A stretch of DNA of 64,000 nt from Clostridiaceae bacterium. Its GTDB lineage: Bacteria > Bacillota > Clostridia > Acetivibrionales > DTU013. The notes under the pieces were generated by a model. The model did no database searches, had not been told where the DNA came from, and saw only the letters and a program-made list of their open reading frames with translations. Below are positions 35,401 through 45,474 of the stretch, piece by piece; position 1 is the first letter of the stretch, and the number at the start of each line of letters is the position of its first letter. Location: positions 2,139 to 66,138 of the forward strand of contig JBDKVA010000076.1 of the NCBI GenBank assembly GCA_039679375.1, written 5' to 3'. The position numbers and the translations under genes were made by a program.

Positions 35401-38400
35401 GCAGGTAACCGTCGAAGCCTATACGAATCAGGATGTTCCGTTTGAAAAGCTTGTCGGGGAGCTGCATGCGGAACGGGATATGAGCAGGAATCCATTGTTT
35501 CAGGTACTGTTCGGAATGCAGAATGCGCCTGTACCGAAAATGGAATTTTCCGAACTGAATGTCTCAATACTGGAACTGGATGCAGGATATTCAAGGTTTG
35601 ACCTGTCTGTTGATATCCGTGATGCCGGAGATAGATTATTCGCTGATTTCGAGTACAATACTGATCTCTTTAGTGAAGACACAATTTCAAGAATGGCAGG
35701 CCATTACCGGCAGTTGCTTTCGTGTATTGCATATAATCCTAATTTGCCGTTGGACAGCTATGAAATAATGACGGCGGGGGAAAAGAAAACTATACTTTAT
35801 AAATGGAATGATACAAAGAAAGATATAAATGCCTGTTCCAACTGGACCGAGCTTTTTGAAAGGCAAGCGGCGGCATCGCCGGATGCTGTTGCAGCGGTTT
35901 GCGGGAAACAGCAGGTAACTTACTCCGAGCTGGATGAACGCTCCAATCGCCTGGCTCATTACCTGCATTCGGCCGGGGTGGGACCGGAGACCGTTGTAGG
36001 AGTTTATACCGACCGTTCTATTGATATGCTTGCAGTGCTTATTGGGATACATAAAACAGGAGCTGCCTATTTGCCGATGGATCCCATTTTCCCAAAGGAG
36101 CGCCTTGCCTATATCATTGAAGATGCAAATGTTGGTTTGATCTTATCGGAAAAGAAGCTGTCCGGTACTCTTCCCCGCCATAATGCCAGGGTTGTCAGCC
36201 TGGATTCCGAGTGGGACATTATTTCCGGATATAGCGCCGCCAGAATTGATGTTAATAAAAATTCCCGCGATCTTGCCTATGTGATATATACCTCGGGTTC
36301 TACAGGCAAGCCGAAGGGTGTTCTGATCGAGCAGCATTCATTGATAAATTTTCTGTTATCTATGGCTGAAAAGACCGGCGTAAAAAAGAAGGATTCTTTG
36401 CTGGCTGTTACGACATTATCCTTTGATATTGCAGGTCTGGAGCTTTATATGCCTCTGATTTGCGGCGCCCGGGTCGTGATCGCCCAAAGGGATGATGTTT
36501 CTGACGGCAGCAGACTGGAACGGCTGCTGCATGAGCAGGGTATTTCCATAATGCAGGCGACGCCTGCAACATGGAGGCTTCTCATAGAGTCGGGATGGAC
36601 CGGCTGCAGCGGCCTGAAGGTATTATGCGGCGGTGAAGCACTGTCCCAGGATCTTGCCGGTCAGCTTTTGGACAGATGTTCTGCTCTGTTTAACGTATAC
36701 GGTCCGACGGAAACTACAATATGGTCGACGATAGAACGCGTAGAATCCGGGAGCGGAATGGTATCCATCGGCAGGCCGATTGCAAATACGCAGGTGTATG
36801 TGGTGGATGATTCCATGAACCCCGTCCCCGCAGGAGTACCCGGTGAACTGCTTATTGGCGGTGACGGGCTGGCGCGGGGATATATGAACCTGCCCGATCT
36901 GACCGGCGAGAAATTTATTCCTGACCGGTTTGGTAAAAAACACGGTGCGCTGCTCTACAGAACGGGGGACACCGTCAGGTTCATACAGGATGGAAAGCTT
37001 GAATTTATGGGCCGTAAGGACAATCAGGTAAAAATCAGGGGATATAGGATCGAGCTTGGGGAAATCGAAAATTTGATAAATCAGGAGCCGTCCGTAAAGG
37101 AAAGCGTTGTTGCCGCAAGGGAGCTTATTCCGGGAGAAAAGGCCCTGGTAGCGTATATCATACCCTCTAGGGAAAAAGGTGGGGATATCAGCATCGAACA
37201 CATGCGTAAAAACCTGGCGGACAAGCTGCCGGCTTATATGATACCATCCTCCTATATGGTAATGGATTTCTTCCCAATGACGCCAAATGGCAAAATTGAC
37301 AGAAAAGCTTTACCTTTACCTCAAAGCGCAAGTATAAAGCTGGGTGTAAATTATATAGCACCGTCAAGTGAAATAGAAAAGCAGCTTGTTTCAATTTGGA
37401 AGGAAGTCTTGAAAACAGATGCAGTCGGCTTGAACCAAAATTTCTTTGATTCGGGAGGGCATTCGCTGTTGTTGGCCCAGGTGAGGAGCAGGATCGGGAG
37501 TGCCTTAAAAAAGGATGTCTCTATGATGGACCTGTTCAAATACCCCACAATAGCTGCGTTATCAGGTTTTCTCTCGGAGGACGGCAAGCTTGCGGCAGGG
37601 ACGGGATCCGCTGCAATGACTGGGGCTGGACACGCTGATACGCAAGAAGGTGGGAAAATGTGCGAAAAAGTAGCAGTGATAGGGCTCAGCGGCAGATTCC
37701 CGGGTGCGGATGATATAGAGCAATTCTGGAATAATCTTTGCAGCGGAGTTGAGTCCATATCACGGTTTTCAGATGAGCAGGTATCAGGAGAAGGCATTGA
37801 TGCGGATATGCTGAGGAAACCCGGCTATGTAAAGGCGTGGGGAGCACTTGACGGTATAGACAGATTTGATGCCGGATTCTTTGAGTACAACCCAAGGGAG
37901 GCGGAAATCCTTGATCCGCAGCAAAGGGTATTTCTGGAGGAATCATGGAAGGCTCTGGAGAATGCAGGTTATGATGTGGAGAAATTTAACGGCCTGGTGG
38001 GAGTATTTGCAAGCGTAGGCATGAATACCTACGCACAAAGGCTGAAGGACAGTTATGCTTCAAATGGCCTGGCAAGCGATTATCAGATCATGGTCGGCAA
38101 TGATAAGGATTTTCTTGCGACACGCATTGCCTATAAGCTAAACCTTGAAGGTCCCGGCATTACTGTTCAGACAGCATGCTCTTCATCACTGGTAGCCGTT
38201 CATCTGGCATGCCGGAGCCTGATCAGCAGGGAATGCGATATGGCACTGGCAGGCGGCGTTAGCATCAGACTGCCGCAACAAGCCGGATATCTGTATCAGG
38301 AAGGAATGATCCTGTCCCCTGACGGCCATTGCAGAGCTTTTGACGAGCAGGCGCAGGGTACTGTGGGAGGCAACGGCGCAGGCGTTGTAGTATTAAAACG

Positions 38401-41400
38401 CCTTGACGACGCCATTTCGGACGGAGATGATATAAGCGCCGTCATTCTCGGAACAGCGGTCAATAATGACGGAGCAATGAAAGTGGGATATACGGCGCCG
38501 CGTATCGGCGGGCAGGCAAAGGCGGTCGCGAAAGCGCAGGCAAAGGCAGGAGTTGAGCCCGAATCAATAACATACATTGAAGCGCATGGGACAGGAACTC
38601 CTCTTGGTGATCCGATAGAGATAGAGGCGCTGACGCAAGTCTTCAGGGAAAAGACAGAGAAAAAGGAGTACTGTGCGATCGGTTCGGTGAAAACGAATAT
38701 AGGGCATCTGGATGCGGCGGCGGGCGTAACGGGGCTGATCAAAACCGTGTTATCGCTGCGTAACAGGATGATACCTCCGAGCTTGAATTTTACAAAACCC
38801 AATCCAAAAATAAAATTCAGTGAAAGCCCGTTTTACGTAAACCGCTCGCTGACCGGCTGGAGTAATGCATCAGGTCCGCTCAGAGCAGGGGTGAGTTCCT
38901 TCGGGATCGGAGGGACAAACGCACATGCCGTACTGGAAGAAGGACCGGCAATAAAAAGTGATGAAAATACAGGCAGGCCTTTATTATTCATATTATCAGC
39001 CAAAAGCAAAAAAGCCCTGGAGAGCATGACGGCAAATTTCATCCGCTTTTTGGAAAACAACAGCGCCGTTAACCTTGCGGACGTTGCATATACGCTGCAG
39101 CTCGGGCGCAAGGAGTTTGAATACAGGAGGTTCTTCGTAAGCGCGACCGTTCAGGAAGCTTTGGAGGCACTGAGAAATAACGCCGGTCAGCAAAAATATG
39201 ACGGTCGGCAAAATAACAAAGGGGGGTCCGGGGATTATCCATTGGAGCAGATCGGACAAATGTGGCTGAACGGCGACAGCATAGATTGGGTAAAGCTTTA
39301 TAAAGGACAGAAGAGAAAACGTATTCCCCTTCCGGTATATCCCTTTGAAGGTCAATCCTATTGGGCAAAAAAAGCCATGCCTGTAAAGATGGAGCAGCCT
39401 GCGGCAATGATAACCGGAAGGGCTGACATTTCCGGGTGGTTTTATACGCCGGTATGGAAGCAGTCAGTTGAGAGCAGCGGCAGTCCCGACCCGGGAAGCT
39501 TCAGAAAAGGAGTCATTCTTATTTTGATGGATCGCTGCGGTTTTTCTGAGGCTTTTTCCGTCCATTTGAAGCAAAGGTACATAAATACGGTTGTAGCTAC
39601 AACATATGAAGAATATAGACAGGCAGATCAGCATCGCTATCTTTTTAATCCGGCGGATCCTGCGCATTATGACCGGTTAATCGGCGATCTGGCGAAAAAA
39701 GGGGAAACGCCTGAGATGATTGTAAATATGCTTGGAATAGATACAGATACACATGAAGTGAGTGCACAAGATGGTTTATATTTTGGAGAGAGGTTGTTTT
39801 TCAGTATGATGTATCTGGCGCAAGCCGCAGGCAGGAATGCCATGAATACGCCGATACAGCTTAAAGTGCTGGCAAACCGCTCTCAAAAGATATTGAGCGG
39901 CGAGACGATCTCTCCTGAAAAAGCGCTTCATCTCGGGGCTTGCAGAGTTATACCCAGAGAGTATCCGAATATCAGGTGCTGCAGCATTGATTGCGTATTG
40001 CCGGAAACAGGAGGCATACAGGAGCAGGAACTGTATGATCTGCTTGCGGACGAAATTTGCTTCATGCCCTGTGAAGGGCTGATCGCATATCGAGGAATGG
40101 AAAGGTGGAAACAGGAGTACGAAAGATTTAGTCCCAATGAGAAAAACCGCCGGACCGTCAAGCTTAAGAATAACGGCGTGTATATCATAACAGGGGGTTT
40201 GGGCGGGATCGGGCTTGAAACGGCCGGTTACATTGCAAATAAAACGCATACAGCGATAATTCTGCTGGGGCGGTCCTGGTTTCCTGACGCCTCGCAGTGG
40301 GAACAATGGCTGGAAACGCACAGCAAAAAGGATGTGATATCGCGCAGGATAAAGCGGCTGAAAGAGATACAGAAAACCGGTGCTGAGCTGTTTATATGCC
40401 GTGCGGATGTTTCCGACCGCGATCAGCTGAGGAATATCCGTGACGAAGTGATAAAGAGGTATGGGAAAATAGATGGGATCATACATGCCGCAGGCATTCC
40501 CGGAGGCGGTATGATTCAGCTTAAAAAGAAGGAAGATGCAAAGAAGGTCCTGACGCCAAAAGTAAAGGGGACACTGGCCTTATTTGATACATTCGTGGAT
40601 TGCCGCCTTGATTTCATGGTATTTTACTCATCGCTTAACGCCGTTACAGGCGGCTTCGGGCAGATTGATTACAGCGCTGCGAATGCATTTCTTGATGCTT
40701 TTGCCCTAGTACACGACAGCCATAAAGGCACCAGGTTCATATCGATTGATTGGGACAGATGGGCGGGAATCGGTATGGCATCCGGGATACTGCCGGGCAT
40801 GGACGATAAAACAGAGGATGTGCATCCGCTTTTAGGCAGATGTTTGAATGAACGTGAGGATACCGTCATTTTCTTAATAGAAATAAGCCCCGAAAAGAAC
40901 TGGGTGTTATCAGAGCATCTGGTGCTCGGCATACCTACGGTTGCCGGTACGACTTATCTTGAAATGGCCAGAGCTGCTTTGGAGGAGTTGACCGGAAGCA
41001 GTAAAGCTGAAATTACCGATGTGTTGTTTTTATATCCGCTGGCGGTTAAACCGGGAGAAAAACGGAATGTCTTCACCTTCATGATGAAAAATGGGAACGC
41101 CTACGATTTCAGGATTATCAGCAAGGCCGGCGGCGAAGATAATGAAAATGCAAACTGGCTGGAGCATATACGAGGGAAGATTGCGCCATTTGATAATGAA
41201 AGAGGCGGTGTCTTCACTCTCCAGGATCTAAAAGAGAAGTATGGCGCTGAAACGATATATTCTGACGGCGGACAGTATAAGCTTTCCGAAGAATTTATCA
41301 GCTTCGGCGGCAGGTGGAGGTCGCTCAGAAGCTTTACATGCAGTAATGACGGCGGATTGGTTGTAGTCCGGCTGGAGGATGAATTCATAAAAGATCTTGA

Positions 41401-42337
41401 AAGCTGCCCTCTCCATCCGGCGCTGCTGGATATCGCTACCGGCGCTGTCAGGTTTGCGGCGGGAGGCAATTATCTGCCGTTCTCATACGGAAATTTAAAA
41501 ATATATGAGCTGCTGCCGGGCACGATTTACTGTCATATAAAATTTGCGGACAGAAGCGGTTTATCCGGGGAGATCATAACATGCGACATCGATATCATAG
41601 GAGAAAACGGAGCGCGGTTGCTGGAGATTAAAGATTTCTCCATGAAACTGGTTAGTGAGGCGTCTGCAGATAATTTCAGAAGACGGACCCGTTCCGATTC
41701 AAAACAGGTTGAGGCTGACTCCGTAATGAAGCTTGCCGAGCAGATTCCGCAAGGAATGAAGAGATCAGTGCAGGAAGGCATTAGCGCATCAGAAGGAACG
41801 GAAGCTTTGCACCGCATCATCAACGGATGCTTCAGGCCTCAGATCATCGTCTCTGCCAGAGACATGCGTGATGCCATGGAGAATGCGGATTACATAAGCC
41901 GGTCCGGTCTGAAGGATGCGTTTATCGAGGCTGCAGTTTCAAATGACAGGCATCCGAGACCTGAATTGGAAAATGATTATGCGCCTCCCAGGAATGAGAC
42001 GGAAAAGAAACTGGCTGAACTATGGCAGGATGTTCTTGGTATAGATAAGGTTGGCATTCATGATGAGTTTTTTGCTCTCGGCGGAGATTCATTATTGCTG
42101 ATACAGTTCCATACGAAGCTAAAAGAAGCCGTTACAAGTGAAATTGCGGTCGTGGACCTGTATAAATACAACACGATCGCACTGCTTGCAAAACGGATCA
42201 AAAATGAATGTGAGGAAGAAGAACAGCCGGCCTTTGAGAAAGTAAACAGCAGGGTCAACAGGCAGCTGGAGCTGATGAAAAAAAGAAGACGGCAGATGTC
42301 AGGAGATAAAGGAGCGGGTTCAGATGAATCATATTGA
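32447..42337 (+). CDS. Hybrid NRPS/PKS, 3296 aa: FAAL-ACP-C-A(Gly)-T-KS-[linker]-KR-DH-ACP
   Basis: FAAL/AMP-ligase core 'FSSGSTGDPKGV' (32954-32989). ACP 'GGDSL' (Ser 34283-85). C 'HHIVFDG' (34859-79). A 'YTSGSTGKPKGV'. T 'GGHSL' (Ser 37463-65). KS 'TACSSS' (Cys 38177-79), 'EAHGTGT', 'NIGHL'. No AT domain. KR 'GGLGGIG' (~40190). DH 'HPLLG', 'EHLVLGIPTVAG' (His 40916-18), 'HPALLD'. ACP 'GGDSL' (Ser 42089-91). Confidence 0.9.
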   Translation: MSQYATLVDLIKARKEEEQKGITFILGDKEERYVSYKQLYLTSLRLLYTLRQSGYRQGDEVLFQIEDNERFVYSFWACILGGMIPVPVSTGNNDEHKLKLFKIWGKLKNPRVIISAEFLNKMEAFAEKNGLSAQMEAVRNSATFIEDAIQTEMYGDICRPDPEDIVLIQFSSGSTGDPKGVIITHGNVLTDLNAVIRWEHIGMNDAGLNWMPLTHDMGLIGTHIKGIMACINQFNIQTQLFIRHPSLWIEKASEHKATLLYSPNFGYKHFLKFYNPEAMKEWDLSSVRLIFNGAEPISLDLCNEFLDKMAVYGLKRNAMHPVYGLAEGTIAVAFPNDGEELLFHTLDRNHLRIGETVVDLSNENKNSIVFLDEGYPIYNSFVRICDEENHDIGENRVGCIQISGGNVTSGYYNDIQATKEAITPDGWLKTGDLGFMRNRRLTITGRSKDVIFAAGQNFYSHDIERVCESVDGMELGKIAAAGVFNDRLGCDELILFVMYRQKLESFIPVAASLRNAISRKMGIEATEIIPVKNIPKTTSGKLQRYKLREEYINGEYDFIKQQMHALLEEDFKRREIVPPANPIQEELVKIWSEVLNIERIGIRDNFFDLGGDSLRITQIASRIRDRFQVDLNQAALFENTDIQKLAEVVENAACKRKDTSGEIRTAACLSERAPLSFAQQRLWFLDRLHLQSPQYNLYTGFILKGILNREVLQKSLNSIMKRHKILQSYFIEENGKPVQMLDQEAIMPLKYVDLRNIPEADRRTKAEDLAKMEAGKSFDLEKPPLIRGRLICTGDAEHMLILAVHHIVFDGWSFGILLHDLNLFYEALLNGEEQTLSEPDIQYADFSRWQNENEWPGYLNGQLAYWRKQLEGRLPVLDLPLDNPRPPVQTYNGARFTCGIPAELVNKLQKYARKENATLFMVLLAAFKTLLCRYSGQSDIIVGSPIANRNRKDIEGLIGFFTNNIILRTRFSNKIVFSELLAKVRQVTVEAYTNQDVPFEKLVGELHAERDMSRNPLFQVLFGMQNAPVPKMEFSELNVSILELDAGYSRFDLSVDIRDAGDRLFADFEYNTDLFSEDTISRMAGHYRQLLSCIAYNPNLPLDSYEIMTAGEKKTILYKWNDTKKDINACSNWTELFERQAAASPDAVAAVCGKQQVTYSELDERSNRLAHYLHSAGVGPETVVGVYTDRSIDMLAVLIGIHKTGAAYLPMDPIFPKERLAYIIEDANVGLILSEKKLSGTLPRHNARVVSLDSEWDIISGYSAARIDVNKNSRDLAYVIYTSGSTGKPKGVLIEQHSLINFLLSMAEKTGVKKKDSLLAVTTLSFDIAGLELYMPLICGARVVIAQRDDVSDGSRLERLLHEQGISIMQATPATWRLLIESGWTGCSGLKVLCGGEALSQDLAGQLLDRCSALFNVYGPTETTIWSTIERVESGSGMVSIGRPIANTQVYVVDDSMNPVPAGVPGELLIGGDGLARGYMNLPDLTGEKFIPDRFGKKHGALLYRTGDTVRFIQDGKLEFMGRKDNQVKIRGYRIELGEIENLINQEPSVKESVVAARELIPGEKALVAYIIPSREKGGDISIEHMRKNLADKLPAYMIPSSYMVMDFFPMTPNGKIDRKALPLPQSASIKLGVNYIAPSSEIEKQLVSIWKEVLKTDAVGLNQNFFDSGGHSLLLAQVRSRIGSALKKDVSMMDLFKYPTIAALSGFLSEDGKLAAGTGSAAMTGAGHADTQEGGKMCEKVAVIGLSGRFPGADDIEQFWNNLCSGVESISRFSDEQVSGEGIDADMLRKPGYVKAWGALDGIDRFDAGFFEYNPREAEILDPQQRVFLEESWKALENAGYDVEKFNGLVGVFASVGMNTYAQRLKDSYASNGLASDYQIMVGNDKDFLATRIAYKLNLEGPGITVQTACSSSLVAVHLACRSLISRECDMALAGGVSIRLPQQAGYLYQEGMILSPDGHCRAFDEQAQGTVGGNGAGVVVLKRLDDAISDGDDISAVILGTAVNNDGAMKVGYTAPRIGGQAKAVAKAQAKAGVEPESITYIEAHGTGTPLGDPIEIEALTQVFREKTEKKEYCAIGSVKTNIGHLDAAAGVTGLIKTVLSLRNRMIPPSLNFTKPNPKIKFSESPFYVNRSLTGWSNASGPLRAGVSSFGIGGTNAHAVLEEGPAIKSDENTGRPLLFILSAKSKKALESMTANFIRFLENNSAVNLADVAYTLQLGRKEFEYRRFFVSATVQEALEALRNNAGQQKYDGRQNNKGGSGDYPLEQIGQMWLNGDSIDWVKLYKGQKRKRIPLPVYPFEGQSYWAKKAMPVKMEQPAAMITGRADISGWFYTPVWKQSVESSGSPDPGSFRKGVILILMDRCGFSEAFSVHLKQRYINTVVATTYEEYRQADQHRYLFNPADPAHYDRLIGDLAKKGETPEMIVNMLGIDTDTHEVSAQDGLYFGERLFFSMMYLAQAAGRNAMNTPIQLKVLANRSQKILSGETISPEKALHLGACRVIPREYPNIRCCSIDCVLPETGGIQEQELYDLLADEICFMPCEGLIAYRGMERWKQEYERFSPNEKNRRTVKLKNNGVYIITGGLGGIGLETAGYIANKTHTAIILLGRSWFPDASQWEQWLETHSKKDVISRRIKRLKEIQKTGAELFICRADVSDRDQLRNIRDEVIKRYGKIDGIIHAAGIPGGGMIQLKKKEDAKKVLTPKVKGTLALFDTFVDCRLDFMVFYSSLNAVTGGFGQIDYSAANAFLDAFALVHDSHKGTRFISIDWDRWAGIGMASGILPGMDDKTEDVHPLLGRCLNEREDTVIFLIEISPEKNWVLSEHLVLGIPTVAGTTYLEMARAALEELTGSSKAEITDVLFLYPLAVKPGEKRNVFTFMMKNGNAYDFRIISKAGGEDNENANWLEHIRGKIAPFDNERGGVFTLQDLKEKYGAETIYSDGGQYKLSEEFISFGGRWRSLRSFTCSNDGGLVVVRLEDEFIKDLESCPLHPALLDIATGAVRFAAGGNYLPFSYGNLKIYELLPGTIYCHIKFADRSGLSGEIITCDIDIIGENGARLLEIKDFSMKLVSEASADNFRRRTRSDSKQVEADSVMKLAEQIPQGMKRSVQEGISASEGTEALHRIINGCFRPQIIVSARDMRDAMENADYISRSGLKDAFIEAAVSNDRHPRPELENDYAPPRNETEKKLAELWQDVLGIDKVGIHDEFFALGGDSLLLIQFHTKLKEAVTSEIAVVDLYKYNTIALLAKRIKNECEEEEQPAFEKVNSRVNRQLELMKKRRRQMSGDKGAGSDESY

Positions 42338-45300
42338 CGAAAACAATCCGGTTGGCTCGATTGCCATTATAGGAATGACTGGCAGATTCCCCGGCGCAAA
42401 GGACATGGAAGGCTTCTGGGAGAATCTGTGCAACGGCGTCGAATCAGTGAGGTTCTTCGGGAGGGAAGAGCTTGTAAGGATGGGGATAAGCGAGCAATTG
42501 CTAGACAACCCGCGGTTTGTACCAGCCGATGCCATCCTTGATGGAATGGATGAGTTTGACGCATCATTTTTCGACTACTCGGCAAGAGAGGCTGAGATCA
42601 TGGATCCCCAGCACAGATTATTCCTGGAAAGCGCGTGGGAGGTGCTTGAAAGCGCCGGATACAATTCGGAGCTTTATGATGGCAGAGTTGCTGTTTACGG
42701 GAGCGCGAATCTAAGCGGATATATGATACGCAATCTATACTCTAATCCCGGTCTGGTGGATACCGTAGGTTCTTTTAAGATTATGCTTGCGAACGGCCAG
42801 GACTTTTTAGCGACCAAGGTGTCTTACAAAATGAACCTGATGGGGCCGAGCGTCAATGTAAATACACTGTGTTCATCCTCTGTCGTTGCCGTGCATTATG
42901 CCTGCCAGAACCTGATGAGCTATGGGTGTGATCTGGCTCTTGCCGGAGGGGTGAGCTTCCAGGTATCAAGAAGCGATGCCTTCTTCTATCAGGAAGGTGG
43001 GATAGGCTCTTCCGACGGGCATTGCCACGCCTTTGATTCAAAAGCGAGCGGAACAGTCAGCGGAAGCGGCCTTGCCGTTGTTGTGCTGAAGCGGCTGGAG
43101 GATGCCGTAGCAGATGGCGATCATATTCTTGCTGTTATCCGCGGAATCGGGATCAACAACGACGGGTCGTCCAAAAACAGCTATACCGCTCCAAACGCAG
43201 ACGGGCAGGCAGAGTGCATCGCAGAGGCGATTGCGATGTCGGGTGTTAATCCGGAAACGATTACATATATCGATGCGCACGGAACGGGAACAGACCTTGG
43301 CGATCCTATTGAAATAGCGGCTCTGACAAAAGCGTTCCGCGCGTATACAAGAAAAAGACAGTTCTGTGCGATCGGATCCGTTAAAACGAATATAGGGCAT
43401 CTCGTAAACGCGGGAGGCCTTGCAAGCCTTGTAAAGACAGTCTTGTCGCTTCAGCATGGAGTTTTGCCTTCAAGCCTCAATTTCGCGGAACCAAATCCAA
43501 AAATCGATTTCGAAAACAGTCCATTCTATGTAAATACAAGGCTGACAAAATGGGAAGCGGACGGATACCCACGGAGGGCGGGCGTCAGTTCTTTCGGGAT
43601 CGGCGGAACGAACACGCATGTCATACTTGAGGAAGCCCCTGAACAGGATGCGCCGGAAGCTTCAAAACGTCCGTTCCACCTGATAATGCTGTCTGCAAAG
43701 ACTGGTACCGCACTTGAGAAGATGACGGGAAACCTTTTGGAATTTGTCAGGATGAATCCTCAAATGAACATTGCCGATCTGGCGTTTACGCTTCAAGTAG
43801 GAAGAAGAAATTTCAACCACCGGAGATTTCTTGTTTGCAGCGATGCAAATGATCTTCGGGAGAAATTGGAAAGCATGTCCGGACAATATGTATTCTCACG
43901 CTTTCAGAAACCCAAAGAGCTGAGTGTTGCTTTCATTTTTCCGGCAAACGCCTGTCATGTCAATATGGGGCCAGAGCTGTACAGGACGGAAAGCGGGTTC
44001 AGGAGCGCTGTGGACAAATGCGCCAATATTCTCCGGAATCTGACCGGCCTGGATATCCGCAAGGTGCTTTATCCTGCCGAAGAGGATAAGGAGCAGGCAG
44101 TTAAGCAGCTGCAAAACAGGAATGTCGGAAGGGGCGTCCTGTTTACTGTGGAGTATGCCCTGGCAAGGCTTTGGATGAGCTGGGGCATAGAACCGCAAAA
44201 TATGCTGGGCGGGGATGCGGGCGAATACGTAGCGGCCTGTCTGGCAGGAGTTTTAGATATTGAAGATGCGCTGAAATTAGCTGTTTCAAAAGACGGGGAA
44301 CTGCCTGAATGTGTATCGGGCCTGAATTTCGGGAGAATGAAGCTTCCCTTTGTCTCATCGGTTACCGGCAGACCGGTTTCGGACCCTGAGGCCGGGAACG
44401 CACAATATTGGATACGCCAGAGAATAGCTGCACGCTTTATGGATGGCATGCAGGAATTACTGAAGGCTCCGGATCAGATTATTATTGAAATGGGCCCAGG
44501 GATCAAATTTACGGCGGATACACCGGGATATTGGCGAACAGATGATGATAATGCTATGTTAAGCTGCATGCCGGGAAGCGGAGAAGATACCTCTGAAGCC
44601 GAAACGATACTGAACTGTGCCGGCAAGCTGTGGCTGGCAGGCGGGAAACCGGACTGGCGGAGGCTTTATCCGGATGAGAAGCGCCGCCGCATACCATTGC
44701 CTACATATCCGTTTGAAAGGCAGCGTTACTGGATCGAACCGGGCACAAGGGGAGATCAGAAGCCGGGCATGATCATTGAGAGGAAAGAAGAAATAACGAA
44801 TGAAATTATCCATTCCGGGATAAAGGAAGGCACAATTACCTTAACGGTCGATCTGGATGCAGACCATTCGGGAGAAGATCCAGGCAATCGTAAAAATCAG
44901 CTTGATGAACTGCTTGCATTCCGGAGGCGTCTTGAGGAGCTGGGCAGGGAGTTTCCGGGCATTTATCCGGGGTTGAAGGTATCCGGGATAGGGTTGAAGA
45001 CCGGCAGCCAATATGGGTCTCATGAATCGGCAGATAATGGTAAGCTGAAAAAGAGGCCGCGGCCGGATTTGGAAACAGCCTATGCCGCACCGCGAAATGA
45101 ACTGGAACGTGCAATTATTGAGAAATGGCAAGAAGTGCTTGGCTTTGATACCATCGGCGTAAATGACGACTTTTTTGAACTGGGAGGTCATTCTCTGATT
45201 GCAGCAGCGGTGGCTACCGAGCTAAGTAAAAAATTTCAGGTACAGATACCGATGAGAACACTTTTTGAGACAACCACCGCAGCAGGGATCGCCAAACTGA

Positions 45301-45398
45301 TTGAGACATGGAAGTGGGCTGCGGAAAGCCTCGGTGAATCGGCGGCAAGCCATAATGGATCGGCTGCCGGCCAGGATTACGATGGAGGGACGATTTAA
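42324..45398 (+). CDS. PKS module, 1024 aa: KS - degenerate AT remnant - ACP
   Basis: 14-nt overlap with the upstream gene. KS 'LCSSSVVAVHYA' (Cys 42870-72), 'DAHGTGT', 'NIGHL'. The AT-like region (~43900-44520) has 'GGDAGE' (44208-44225) where GHSxGE is expected. 'YPFERQRYW' follows. ACP 'GGHSL' (Ser 45192-94). Confidence 0.9.
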   Translation: MNHIDENNPVGSIAIIGMTGRFPGAKDMEGFWENLCNGVESVRFFGREELVRMGISEQLLDNPRFVPADAILDGMDEFDASFFDYSAREAEIMDPQHRLFLESAWEVLESAGYNSELYDGRVAVYGSANLSGYMIRNLYSNPGLVDTVGSFKIMLANGQDFLATKVSYKMNLMGPSVNVNTLCSSSVVAVHYACQNLMSYGCDLALAGGVSFQVSRSDAFFYQEGGIGSSDGHCHAFDSKASGTVSGSGLAVVVLKRLEDAVADGDHILAVIRGIGINNDGSSKNSYTAPNADGQAECIAEAIAMSGVNPETITYIDAHGTGTDLGDPIEIAALTKAFRAYTRKRQFCAIGSVKTNIGHLVNAGGLASLVKTVLSLQHGVLPSSLNFAEPNPKIDFENSPFYVNTRLTKWEADGYPRRAGVSSFGIGGTNTHVILEEAPEQDAPEASKRPFHLIMLSAKTGTALEKMTGNLLEFVRMNPQMNIADLAFTLQVGRRNFNHRRFLVCSDANDLREKLESMSGQYVFSRFQKPKELSVAFIFPANACHVNMGPELYRTESGFRSAVDKCANILRNLTGLDIRKVLYPAEEDKEQAVKQLQNRNVGRGVLFTVEYALARLWMSWGIEPQNMLGGDAGEYVAACLAGVLDIEDALKLAVSKDGELPECVSGLNFGRMKLPFVSSVTGRPVSDPEAGNAQYWIRQRIAARFMDGMQELLKAPDQIIIEMGPGIKFTADTPGYWRTDDDNAMLSCMPGSGEDTSEAETILNCAGKLWLAGGKPDWRRLYPDEKRRRIPLPTYPFERQRYWIEPGTRGDQKPGMIIERKEEITNEIIHSGIKEGTITLTVDLDADHSGEDPGNRKNQLDELLAFRRRLEELGREFPGIYPGLKVSGIGLKTGSQYGSHESADNGKLKKRPRPDLETAYAAPRNELERAIIEKWQEVLGFDTIGVNDDFFELGGHSLIAAAVATELSKKFQVQIPMRTLFETTTAAGIAKLIETWKWAAESLGESAASHNGSAAGQDYDGGTI

Positions 45399-45474
45399 AC
45401 ATCCGGTATTTGCATAAACAATCGGGCCTGTTTCAGAAATCCGGCTCAGAAGGGCCGGGGCCGTAAAGGTATGT

